Assembly: GCA_045580405.1 (NCBI GenBank) | Contig: JAZNNT010000004.1 | Coordinates: 1 to 45,458, forward strand | DNA: 45,458 nucleotides | Source of the DNA: Clostridia bacterium | Lineage (GTDB): Bacteria > Bacillota > Clostridia > UMGS1840 | Reading direction: 5' to 3' | Translations under genes and position numbers: made by a program | Shown here: in pieces, positions 1 to 8,861 of the stretch | Position numbering within the stretch: the stretch's first letter is position 1 | Layout: every line of letters starts with the position of its first letter | Notes under the pieces: generated by a model | The model's input: only the letters and a program-made list of their open reading frames with translations | Databases searched by the model: none | Told to the model about the DNA's origin: nothing

Positions 1-365
<365 letters not shown>

Positions 366-487
366 GAGCATGGAAAGCCATGCAGTAAGTGATTAGGAAA
401 CCAAGGAAGGATCTAAGTCATTGCAAAGTAAGTATTATTCGGTTTTGAAGGTACAGGTACAAAGAAGTACCAAAGTACTTTTAACCA

Positions 488-603
<116 letters not shown>

Positions 604-608
604 TTATG

Positions 609-645
609 AAAAGAGTTACCCTAAAGGTAACTCTTTTCTTTTTGT
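609..645 (+). terminator. Rho-independent terminator of the rrn operon
   Basis: 11-bp perfect stem AAAGAGTTACC (610-620) / GGTAACTCTTT (626-636), 5-nt loop, then a T-rich tract. Confidence 0.85.
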
Positions 646-654
646 TGTTTGAAA

Positions 655-1095
655 AATGAGTCAGAATCCGTGAATCTCACCCTCGGCGTACACCCGGTAC
701 AGCCGAGGGCTCCGTCAAGGCGTTGCCTTGATTCGATTTCCAAATTCTGTTCTCATTTTTCTGCACAAATGTTTTCCGTTTTAGAAAATTACAAAATTCG
801 GCACCACTCGCCGTACCGTTATACTGTACGCAGTACTACGGCTTCGGGAACTTCCCTGCGGGTGCCGTTTGCACATCTGACGGCTTTTTTCCTGCGCAAT
901 AGCGTTCTTTATGACTACGTTCTGCTCTCATTTTTCTGCACAAATATTTTTAAGGTAAAACTTTTGAAATAGAAATCGTAGGGGAGGGGCGGTAACAAAA
1001 AATCCTCCCGCTTTTTCATTTTACAACACGGCGTGCCGGGTTGTCACGCCCTACAAGGGGTGTTATTTTTCACATCTGACGGCTTTTTCTGATTC
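655..1095 (+). repeat. Cluster of degenerate copies of the branched-hairpin intergenic repeat family
   Basis: Hairpins CCCTCGGC(680-687)/GCCGAGGG(702-709), GCCGTA(810-815)/TACGGC(837-842) and CGGCACC(799-805)/GGTGCCG(861-867). Exact direct repeats: 20-mer TCTCATTTTTCTGCACAAAT at 751-770 and 926-945; 18-mer CACATCTGACGGCTTTTT at 872-889 and 1071-1088. The core resembles the copies at 9584, 15361 and 44225. Confidence 0.6.
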
Positions 1096-1125
1096 ACAGT
1101 ATACCAAAAGTTTTTTCTTTATCAT

Positions 1126-1165
1126 AAAAAGGACGAAATTCAATAAAGAATCTCGTCCTTTTTTA
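1126..1165. terminator. Bidirectional hairpin terminator downstream of the XRE gene
   Basis: 7-bp stem AGGACGA (1130-1136) / TCGTCCT (1153-1159), with an A-tract before and a T-tract after. Confidence 0.6.
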
Positions 1166-1178
1166 GTTGCATATTCGA

Positions 1179-1481
1179 TTAGGAAATTGTGGAATTAAAA
1201 AATTGATTTTTAATATCCTTCAGATTTTTCTCCATAGAATTCAGGATTGTCAGAATATCCTGATTGGTTTTAATATTGGATGCGGAATAACCTAACAGGT
1301 AATCTGTAGTGACCTGAAAAAATTCGGCAAGTCGGATAATGGCATAACTATCCGGATTTGTTTTGCCGGTTTCGTAATTCGACAATGTTTTTTGGTCGAT
1401 TCCTGTTGCATTTGCTACATCTACCTGTCTTAAGTCACGGTCTTCTCTTAAATCTCGAATTCGATTTCGGTACTCTTGCAT
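1179..1481 (-). CDS. XRE-family helix-turn-helix transcriptional regulator (~100 aa)
   Basis: The stretch LRQVDVANATGIDQKTLSNYETGKTNPDSYAIIRLAEFFQVTTDYLLG is a typical Cro/C1 HTH. I prefer the start at MQEYRN (1481) because AGGAGG lies 7 nt upstream. The ORF track extends to 1505. Confidence 0.85.
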   Translation of the reverse strand: MQEYRNRIRDLREDRDLRQVDVANATGIDQKTLSNYETGKTNPDSYAIIRLAEFFQVTTDYLLGYSASNIKTNQDILTILNSMEKNLKDIKNQFFNSTIS

Positions 1482-1533
1482 ACTAAAAACCTCCTTCTGT
1501 ACCATAATCTTACCATAAAATTCCTATAATCGC

Positions 1534-1562
1534 TTGACACAGAAAAATATTTCTGCTAAAAT
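1534..1562 (+). promoter_or_regulatory. Sigma-70-type promoter for the 1641 gene
   Basis: TTGACA (1534-1539), 17-nt spacer, extended -10 TGcTAAAAT (1554-1562). Confidence 0.65.
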
Positions 1563-1597
1563 CAATCTATACTAAAATTTTAGTATAGATTGATTTT
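1558..1597. promoter_or_regulatory. Perfect 40-bp palindrome (candidate operator) overlapping the -10 and transcription start
   Basis: AAAATCAATCTATACTAAAA | TTTTAGTATAGATTGATTTT. The two 20-nt halves are exact reverse complements. Confidence 0.6.
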
Positions 1598-1640
1598 ATA
1601 CTATCTTATTCTTTTTAGGATAGCACATTAGGAGGAAAAG

Positions 1641-3608
1641 ATGTATCGGAAATTATTTTGTATGATTTTAGTAGTTGTGATGGCGTTTTCTTATATGACC
1701 TTTGCACAGACTGAACCGGATTGTTTATCATTAGTCACGGAGCTTTTTTCCCAATATCCCGAAGAGGAGCTTTCTCAGGATAATCTTAATTATTTTTTGG
1801 CGTTGAAGGAAGTTGTTGTTCAGGCAGAAGAATCAGGTATTGATTTGAGCAAAGTGCCTAATTACGACAAGTTTCAACTTGTTCGCTGGCAACTGGCAGA
1901 GGTTGTTTCAGCGGAAGCAACTGCAGTGAACGAAAGTGCATATATTGTGGTAAGATTAGATGAAAAAATACCCGTAGAGAAAATCAATAAAGAAACAGTT
2001 TCGGTGATACGAGGAAATCAATCGGTTGATTATACATTGCAAAAAGGAAATGAGGCAGTGGATGTTTTTCGTGTTTTAATTTCAAATCAAATGTGTGACA
2101 GGGAAAACTTACGTCTTCGTGTGAATTTTGGACTGATAAATTACACGAAGCTGTTTTGTATCAGCAACGATATCGGGTATGACAATCTTGTTCTTACTAC
2201 CGATGGTGGAAAAGCAATAGGAGCACCCGATCAGTTGGTTAACGGAACGCTGAATGTGAACTATCAAATTACAAACAATACCTATCAATCCGGACTTTTT
2301 GATTTTACGGTATATACTGCCGTATACGATAACACCGGTTCCTTTGTTCGTCTTGCGAAGGAGCCGGTTGCTGTACTAAATTACGGTCAGGCAAAGCAGA
2401 TTAGTTTTTCGTTCACCAATCTTCCCGATGATACCGATAAAATTTCCTCTTTTGTGTGGTATCAAAACAATTTAAAGCCCTTGATTGAGCAAAAGGAAGT
2501 CCAAAAAACATACGGATATGATAATGTGATGGATCCAACCAAAGATATTCATATTTCCTTTATTGGCGGTTCCATCACCCAAGGGGAACGCTATTCCAAA
2601 CCGCTGTTGGAATTACTGCAACAGGACCGTGCCGGAAAAATCACCTCCAACAATGCAGGAGTGGGGGGATCCGGCAGTAACTACGGTGCAATCCGCTTTT
2701 ATGATGAAGTATTAGCTCATCGTCCGGATGTGGTGTTTGTGGAATTTACATTAAATGATCAGACTAACACGAATCGGAAAACGATGCAACAGAATGTGGA
2801 AAGTATGATTCGGGAATGTTATTTACAGGAGCATGTTCCGGTGATTATTTTTATTCACATTCCGGACAGACGCTACAATGATAGCTTAAAAGATTACGGA
2901 ATTTCGTCAAATATTAAAAAATACGATCAGGTGTTAAGTCATTACGGATTATATGCATTGAATTCCCATCAGTTAGTACTGGATACCATTGCGGAAAACC
3001 AAAATGACAGCTGGGATAATTATGTGTCGGCAAACAATGTGCATCCCACAACAGAGCAGGGAAAAAACATTGCAAAGCTGATGTATCAGGAGTTAAAGGA
3101 AAATCCCTCTAAGTATTATCAGAAAATAACATTACCGGAAGAAAAATATGCTGCGGCAACTCCTGATGCCTTTTATGCCACAGCAGTGAGTCCCTTATAT
3201 GTTAATGTAGATGACAACTGGGAATTTGATTTAGAAATCCGTAATGTTGTAGCAGAAGGATACGGAAATCCGATTCAGAATCCTTTCCAGCATTATGTTG
3301 CATCCTCCAAATCGGGAGCCACTCTCACATTCTGTTTTTCAGGAACACGCATTTTGCTCAGTGGTCTCACAGGAGGACAGGGAAGAAAATGCACTTATAC
3401 CATTACTGATACAGAAGGTAATATTGAGCGGCAGGGAACCTGTCACAATTATCTGGCAAATTACAAATGGTACGAAAATAACTCTCTGGTAGAGTTTGGA
3501 TTGGCGGATACACAGCACATTTTGACGTTAACTGTTTTAGAAGATGCTGAAGCTGATGCACAGGGTAAAATGTTTGGCATTGGAGAAATTTGGGTAGATG
3601 AAAAATAG
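1641..3608 (+). CDS. Secreted multidomain protein with an SGNH/GDSL-type hydrolase domain (655 aa)
   Basis: N-terminal signal peptide (MYRKLFCMILVVVMAFSYMTFAQ). SGNH-like blocks: FIGGSITQG, GVGGSGS, VEFTLND and NNVHPT. RBS AGGAGG lies upstream. The N- and C-terminal domains are unassigned. Confidence 0.65.
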   Translation: MYRKLFCMILVVVMAFSYMTFAQTEPDCLSLVTELFSQYPEEELSQDNLNYFLALKEVVVQAEESGIDLSKVPNYDKFQLVRWQLAEVVSAEATAVNESAYIVVRLDEKIPVEKINKETVSVIRGNQSVDYTLQKGNEAVDVFRVLISNQMCDRENLRLRVNFGLINYTKLFCISNDIGYDNLVLTTDGGKAIGAPDQLVNGTLNVNYQITNNTYQSGLFDFTVYTAVYDNTGSFVRLAKEPVAVLNYGQAKQISFSFTNLPDDTDKISSFVWYQNNLKPLIEQKEVQKTYGYDNVMDPTKDIHISFIGGSITQGERYSKPLLELLQQDRAGKITSNNAGVGGSGSNYGAIRFYDEVLAHRPDVVFVEFTLNDQTNTNRKTMQQNVESMIRECYLQEHVPVIIFIHIPDRRYNDSLKDYGISSNIKKYDQVLSHYGLYALNSHQLVLDTIAENQNDSWDNYVSANNVHPTTEQGKNIAKLMYQELKENPSKYYQKITLPEEKYAAATPDAFYATAVSPLYVNVDDNWEFDLEIRNVVAEGYGNPIQNPFQHYVASSKSGATLTFCFSGTRILLSGLTGGQGRKCTYTITDTEGNIERQGTCHNYLANYKWYENNSLVEFGLADTQHILTLTVLEDAEADAQGKMFGIGEIWVDEK

Positions 3609-3675
3609 TTTTTCCGTGCAAGGGGATGCGAAATATAAATAAAGAACCATGGGAGAAAGGCCGTTACCTTTTTCG

Positions 3676-3704
3676 TTGACATTTTTTGGAAAATATGGTA
3701 TCAT
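3676..3704 (+). promoter_or_regulatory. Sigma-70-type promoter for the MBL hydrolase gene
   Basis: TTGACA (3676-3681), 17 nt, TGgTATCAT (3696-3704). Confidence 0.55.
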
Positions 3705-3737
3705 AAAAAATGAAATTTCCAAAAAGAGGGTGGAAAA

Positions 3738-4634
3738 ATGGCAAGACGGAAGAGAACAAATCCCAAAGGGCTGATTTGGGTTGCAATTGCATTTGTATTA
3801 AGCTTTTTTGTGACGAAAATTACCGAATGGACGAAACCGTCTCCGTTGGCAGATGCTGACTGGCAGGGAAAATTGGCGGTAGTATACGTGGACACAGGTA
3901 ATTCCGATTCTATTGTGATTCATTTTCCCGACGAGAGAACTATGCTCATTGATGCGGGAAAACCCGATGATTTTGACGTGATTTCCGATGTGCTTGATAG
4001 CTTTTTGGAAGATGTGATTGACTACGCTATTATCACTCATCAGCACGATGACCATATTGGTTCTTTTCCTGAAATTTTGGAAAATTATACCGTAAAAACT
4101 GTTTATATGCCCACTTCCCCCATCAAGAATCCCCAAACGGAAGAATCCATGAAGCTGATTGAAGAGCTTGATATTCCGCTCATTGAAATCAAAGCAGGCT
4201 TAACCGTGTGTGATGGAGATGTGAAAGCAGAGTTTTTATCTCCCATGTATGAGCATTACGGTGATTACAATGACTACAGCGGCGTGCTTTATATGACTTA
4301 CGGTGAGAGAAGCTTCCTCTTTACGGGAGATGCCACCACCGATGTGGAAAACGATATGCTTTCCAAAGGTATGGTGCCTCATGCGGATGTGTTAAAAGTC
4401 GGGCATCACGGGTCTAAAGGCTCTACTTCCAAGAACTTTTTAAATGCGGTAGCACCTTCTTATGCGGTGATTACCACCGGAGAAAATGACTACGGTCATC
4501 CCACGAAAAAGGTACTGGATTTGCTGAACGCCAAGGGGATTGAGGTGTATCGCAGCGATTATCATGGCAACATTACCGCCGTGACGGATGGGCATGGCCT
4601 TAGTATTACCACCCAGAAATCACCCGACGAATAA
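3738..4634 (+). CDS. Membrane-anchored MBL-fold metallo-hydrolase (resembles the ComEC C-terminal domain)
   Basis: N-terminal TM helix. HxHxDH motif ITHQHDDHIG, plus later GDA and VGHHGS motifs. Confidence 0.8.
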   Translation: MARRKRTNPKGLIWVAIAFVLSFFVTKITEWTKPSPLADADWQGKLAVVYVDTGNSDSIVIHFPDERTMLIDAGKPDDFDVISDVLDSFLEDVIDYAIITHQHDDHIGSFPEILENYTVKTVYMPTSPIKNPQTEESMKLIEELDIPLIEIKAGLTVCDGDVKAEFLSPMYEHYGDYNDYSGVLYMTYGERSFLFTGDATTDVENDMLSKGMVPHADVLKVGHHGSKGSTSKNFLNAVAPSYAVITTGENDYGHPTKKVLDLLNAKGIEVYRSDYHGNITAVTDGHGLSITTQKSPDE

Positions 4635-4640
4635 CAGTCA

Positions 4641-4680
4641 AAAACAACTGTTTTCTCCCAAAAACAGTTGTTTTTTTATG
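4641..4680 (+). terminator. Rho-independent terminator
   Basis: 14-bp stem AAAACAACTGTTTT (4641-4654) / AAAACAGTTGTTTT (4661-4674), followed by T-run. Confidence 0.8.
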
Positions 4681-4726
4681 GAATCTCTGCTCACAAAAAA
4701 TGGCAAGAAAAAAACTGTGGTTTTTG

Positions 4727-4755
4727 TTGATTTTTTGGAAAGGGTATGCTATAAT
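4727..4755 (+). promoter_or_regulatory. Sigma-70-type promoter for the SLH protein gene
   Basis: TTGATT (4727-4732), 17 nt, TGcTATAAT (4747-4755). Confidence 0.6.
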
Positions 4756-4845
4756 GAATATGTATTTAGTGAAAATGGGGGAATGTTACCCGTTTTCGCA
4801 TCATTTGAAATTTGTTAAAAACATGTTACATAATAGGAGGACTTT

Positions 4846-6354
4846 ATGATGATGAAGAAAATTCTTTCCTTACTGTTGGCAGTGCTGATGCTCTCAAGCG
4901 TTGCATTTGCCGCAACTTTTACCGATTTTGATGAAACACACTGGGCTTATGCTTATGTGAATGAGTTGGTTGCAAACGGCGTGGTTAACGGCTATGAAGA
5001 CGGCTCTTACCGTCCCGAAGCAAACGTAACCCGTGCAGAACTTGCAAAACTGCTTTCTGTTCAGTTTGACGGCAGCGTGGAAAAAACCTATACCGATGTT
5101 TTGGAAAGTGATTGGTTTTATGATTATGTAACCGTCAGCGGAAGCTACTTCCTGGCAGAAGGAACCTTCAATCCCAACCAGCAGGCAACCAGAGAAGAAG
5201 TTGCATATGCAATTTACATGGCAAAAAATTTAAATGCAGCAAGTGAATCTGCAACCTTTACCGATACTTCTGACATTGCATCTGTTTATCAGACCGCAGT
5301 TGCAGCTGTTGCACAAAACGGCATCATCACCGGTTATCCCGACGGCAGCTTTGCTCCCAAGAATAATATTACCCGTGCGGAAGTTGCAACCGTGTTATCC
5401 AGAGCAATTAAACTGGAAAACAATGAAGCTCTTTATAAAGAAGTATTCAAAATGGCAAAGCTGATGGACACTATGTACAGCACCAATCAGCCCATTACCT
5501 ATGGTCAGCTTTCTTCTGCTGCACTTCGTATGTTTAATAACGAATACAACCTGATGTACTACAATTTGGGTGATGTTGTCGGCAAAAAGCCTTTTGAACA
5601 TAAAGATGCTCTGTCTTTCTGGATTATCGGCAGAGACGTTTTGGGTGCAGACATTGTAACGGAAGACAAAATTGATACCTTTATTACCGTGGGTGAAGCA
5701 ATTGACGTTATGAGCTTCTTTGCAGAAAAACATGATTTTCTGCAAAGAACCATTGACAAAACCAAATTGCTTGTGGGCGCAGATATGAGTGCACCTTTAA
5801 ACTATTACCGTTTTGCACAGCTCATTACCGAAATTGATTCTCAGATTCCCATGCTGGTCAGAGTGGATATCAACAGCAGCAATTCTGCCAATAAAATTCC
5901 TACCGAAATTCGTAAGGATATGGCAAGCTATCCCGCTAACAGAAGTCAGTATCAGGCAATTTTAGCAGAAATTCCAAACAGTCTTTATGAAGCAGCATAT
6001 CCCTTCCAGGGAAGCGCTGTAGGGGAAGCTTATGATTTTGCCAGAGAAATGATGAGTTTTCTTTTAAATCCCTTACATGAAATGGTGATCATTGCGCAGC
6101 ACAATGGTGCGGAAATTCAGGTGAGCTATTATCCGTCCTTGGTAATGCGTAAAAATAATGTATATGTAATACGTGCACAAATTGAAATTCTGTCTGCCAA
6201 AGACGGTTTAACCTTGGAGGATGTTTGCCTTACCAAGGTAAACAGACCCATTAAAGCAGGGGATAAATTCTTCTGTGATATTAATACCAATGAGCAGGTG
6301 CCCTCCACATCCGTTAACGGCGGCGTACTGACCATTGATGCAATTTACGAATAA
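4846..6354 (+). CDS. S-layer homology (SLH) domain cell-surface protein, 502 aa
   Basis: Signal peptide, then three N-terminal SLH repeats (e.g. FTDFDETHWAYAYVNELVANGVVNGYEDGSYRPEANVTRAELAKLL and GYPDGSFAPKNNITRAEVATVLSRA). The ~300-aa C-terminal part is unassigned. Confidence 0.85.
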   Translation: MMMKKILSLLLAVLMLSSVAFAATFTDFDETHWAYAYVNELVANGVVNGYEDGSYRPEANVTRAELAKLLSVQFDGSVEKTYTDVLESDWFYDYVTVSGSYFLAEGTFNPNQQATREEVAYAIYMAKNLNAASESATFTDTSDIASVYQTAVAAVAQNGIITGYPDGSFAPKNNITRAEVATVLSRAIKLENNEALYKEVFKMAKLMDTMYSTNQPITYGQLSSAALRMFNNEYNLMYYNLGDVVGKKPFEHKDALSFWIIGRDVLGADIVTEDKIDTFITVGEAIDVMSFFAEKHDFLQRTIDKTKLLVGADMSAPLNYYRFAQLITEIDSQIPMLVRVDINSSNSANKIPTEIRKDMASYPANRSQYQAILAEIPNSLYEAAYPFQGSAVGEAYDFAREMMSFLLNPLHEMVIIAQHNGAEIQVSYYPSLVMRKNNVYVIRAQIEILSAKDGLTLEDVCLTKVNRPIKAGDKFFCDINTNEQVPSTSVNGGVLTIDAIYE

Positions 6355-6397
6355 GAACAATGTAGCAAGTGATATTTGCCTCAAGGAGAGAACCCGA

Positions 6398-7342
6398 ATG
6401 AAACTGAAAATTGCCGATCTTCATATCGAAATCACAGGGGATTTGAATCCCCTGTTCATAGAGCGCGCAACTCCCTATCAGGACAGCTTTTTTAAGCCGG
6501 ATATTTCTGTAGATTTTCGATTGAAGGATCAGGTGGAAATTCCGGGGGACTACCAGCTGTTAACCGTTACCAATGACCGTACCTGGGCAAACCTGCCGGA
6601 TGGTTCTTTCTGCTATTGGGATTTTAACGAGCAGATTGGAAAGCATACCTTATGCGTGAAAATCAGAAAAGATAAAATTGATATCTCTTTTTATCATTTC
6701 CGGGATGAAGAGGAAATCCGCTTAATCAATGAAGCCCTTCGGGAATATAAGAAAACCATGCCGAATCCCAAGGAGTATAAAAATGCAGAAAATGCTTTTT
6801 TCAAACCGGAGTTTCCGTTAATTAACGCTACCGATCAGGCAATGCGGTATGCGCTTTTGCATCATAACGGGTTCATGGTGCATGCGTCTGCAATCGCATA
6901 TGACGGGCAGGGAATCTTGTTTTCCGCTCCCAGCGGAACAGGGAAAACCACACACACCAAGCTGTGGGAGCAAACCTACGATTCAGCCTTTATCTTAAAC
7001 GATGATTCTCCCATTCTTCGCTTTTTTGAAGATGGTAAGGTGTATGCCTGCGGTTCTTTGTGGGCAGGTGCCAGCGGTGAAGGGCAGAATGCCATTGTAC
7101 CATTAAAAGCGATTGTGTTTTTACAACAGGGAGAGCAAAATGAAATTTTCCGTTTGCAGACACTACAGGCATTGCAATGGTTGCTGGGCTGTGTGAACAA
7201 ACCTGCAGACAAGGGGCTGATGGATAAACTGTTTACCTTGATTCATCTGCTTCTCAGTGACACTCCCTGCTATCTTTTGAAATGCCGTCCTGACCGTGAA
7301 GCGGTGGAAACAGTTAGAAATGCACTGTTTTGTGATGATTGA
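6398..7342 (+). CDS. P-loop protein resembling the HPr kinase/phosphorylase C-terminal domain (function unknown)
   Basis: HASAIAYDGQGILFSAPSGTGKTTHTKLW resembles the HprK-type Walker A context. Start chosen at MKLKIADL (AAGGAGAG RBS at 6383-6390). The ORF track begins at 6335. Confidence 0.55.
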   Translation: MKLKIADLHIEITGDLNPLFIERATPYQDSFFKPDISVDFRLKDQVEIPGDYQLLTVTNDRTWANLPDGSFCYWDFNEQIGKHTLCVKIRKDKIDISFYHFRDEEEIRLINEALREYKKTMPNPKEYKNAENAFFKPEFPLINATDQAMRYALLHHNGFMVHASAIAYDGQGILFSAPSGTGKTTHTKLWEQTYDSAFILNDDSPILRFFEDGKVYACGSLWAGASGEGQNAIVPLKAIVFLQQGEQNEIFRLQTLQALQWLLGCVNKPADKGLMDKLFTLIHLLLSDTPCYLLKCRPDREAVETVRNALFCDD

Positions 7343-7365
7343 TACTATATCGGAGGTACAAACTG

Positions 7366-8031
7366 ATGAGTAATTTTCTTTCCAACATTCAAGTGTTTTG
7401 GAAGCGCCATATTTTTCGGGTAAAGCAGCATTTGCTGTATGCTGCCTTTGCACAGATTGTGATCCTGGCAATCAATGTGCTGATTTTCATCACCAACGAG
7501 CTGCGTATCCCGTTTTCACCTCTTTATTGCGTGGTTCCCACTTATTTTTATCTGGTACTTGTTGTGCTTTATTATCTGCTGACATACCGGATGAATAAAA
7601 AACTTCATAGGCAAACCTTCTTTTCCTGGATTATGATCGCTACCTTAATTGCTGTGAACGTGATATATACGGTGATTGTTACCGTGGATGAAAGCAGCTG
7701 GTTCTATTATATTGATACTGCAATCGTGCAGGCGATTAATGCGCTTTATATTATGATTTATATTACCACCAACGGCAGACAGTTTGCGCAAGGAAAGCAG
7801 TTAAATCTGCTTCGCATTTTCGGATATGCTTCCGCGATTTGCGCTTTGCTTGCTTTTTATTTCACCTTTGTGGATCCGATGGTCATGTGGGGATTGATTA
7901 TCATTACCACCGTATTGTTGTTCGGTACTTACATGATTTTCTACGAAAACTTTAAAAAAACCCTTCCCAAAAAGAAACGGTTACTTTCCCATGCAAAGAA
8001 AAATCTGCACGAAAAGGCTCAGGACTTATGA
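7366..8031 (+). CDS. Polytopic membrane protein, unknown function (~221 aa, about 6 predicted TM helices)
   Basis: Hydrophobic helices run throughout. GGAGG lies 8 nt before ATG 7366. Its stop overlaps the next start (ATGA at 8028-8031). Confidence 0.6.
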   Translation: MSNFLSNIQVFWKRHIFRVKQHLLYAAFAQIVILAINVLIFITNELRIPFSPLYCVVPTYFYLVLVVLYYLLTYRMNKKLHRQTFFSWIMIATLIAVNVIYTVIVTVDESSWFYYIDTAIVQAINALYIMIYITTNGRQFAQGKQLNLLRIFGYASAICALLAFYFTFVDPMVMWGLIIITTVLLFGTYMIFYENFKKTLPKKKRLLSHAKKNLHEKAQDL

Positions 8032-8861
8032 TTGATTTGCATACGCACACCACAGCCTCTGACGGTTCGCTAACGCCGTATGAACTGGTAAAACTGGCAA
8101 AAGACAATGGTTTTTCTGCCATTGCCGTTACCGATCATGACACGGTGGACAGTATCCCGCAAGCCATGCAGGCAGGGGAAGAGCTTGGCATCGAAGTAAT
8201 CCCGGGAATCGAGCTTTCTTGCAATTTTGCCCGAGAGCTTCATATGATTGGGCTTTTCGTGAATCCCAATGATCCGCCACTTGCAAAAAAACTGAAAGAA
8301 CTTGCCAAAAACCGGGAAATACGGAACCTAAAAACCTTAGAAATTTTAAACAGTCTCGGGATTCCCATTACCGTTGAGGAAGTAAAGAAAATTGCCACGG
8401 GTAACATCTGGGGCAGAGCGCATTTTGCTAAAATCCTTTGTGACAAAGGATATGTGTCAAGCGTGAAAGAAGGCTTTCAGAAATATTTGGGACACGGCAG
8501 AGTGGCACATGTGAACGAGGACCGCATCGAACCGGAGGAAGCCATTTCCCTGATTCGGGAAGCAGGAGGTATTCCCATTCTGGCACATATGCATTATTTG
8601 AAACTTTCCGATAGCGAACTAAAAGAATTACTCATTCGCTTTCAAAAAAGCGGACTTTTGGGGGCAGAGGTAATATACACCGAGTACACCCCCCAACAAA
8701 CCAAGTTATATACCGAACTGGTGGAACAATTAGGGCTCCTAAAAAGTGGAGGCAGCGATTTTCACGGGGCAATGAAGCCTCAGATTCCCCTTGACCCTAA
8801 CCATCTTCGGATACCATACTCATTTTTAAAGGAGATTAAAAACCATGTCAGGACATTCTAA
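8028..8861 (+). CDS. PHP-domain phosphoesterase (TrpH/YciV-like)
   Basis: MIDLHTHTTASDGS...AIAVTDHDT, a later ILAHMHYL, and GGSDFHG near the C-terminus. Confidence 0.85.
   Translation: MIDLHTHTTASDGSLTPYELVKLAKDNGFSAIAVTDHDTVDSIPQAMQAGEELGIEVIPGIELSCNFARELHMIGLFVNPNDPPLAKKLKELAKNREIRNLKTLEILNSLGIPITVEEVKKIATGNIWGRAHFAKILCDKGYVSSVKEGFQKYLGHGRVAHVNEDRIEPEEAISLIREAGGIPILAHMHYLKLSDSELKELLIRFQKSGLLGAEVIYTEYTPQQTKLYTELVEQLGLLKSGGSDFHGAMKPQIPLDPNHLRIPYSFLKEIKNHVRTF

Noticed and set aside
649-972. 107-aa ORF downstream of 5S rRNA
   Set aside because: It has a TTG start with no RBS. The sequence is made of the intergenic hairpin repeats (internal 20-nt duplications) and the predicted protein is low-complexity. 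I treat it as non-coding.
1511-1525. 15-nt exact match TACCATAAAATTCCT shared by the XRE promoter region (1511-1525) and the nadB promoter region (13986-14000)
   Set aside because: Both lie in the spacer/extended -10 part of minus-strand promoters, so a shared regulator site was tempting. However, roughly one exact 15-mer match is expected by chance in 45 kb on both strands, and more in AT-rich DNA. The flanks do not align.
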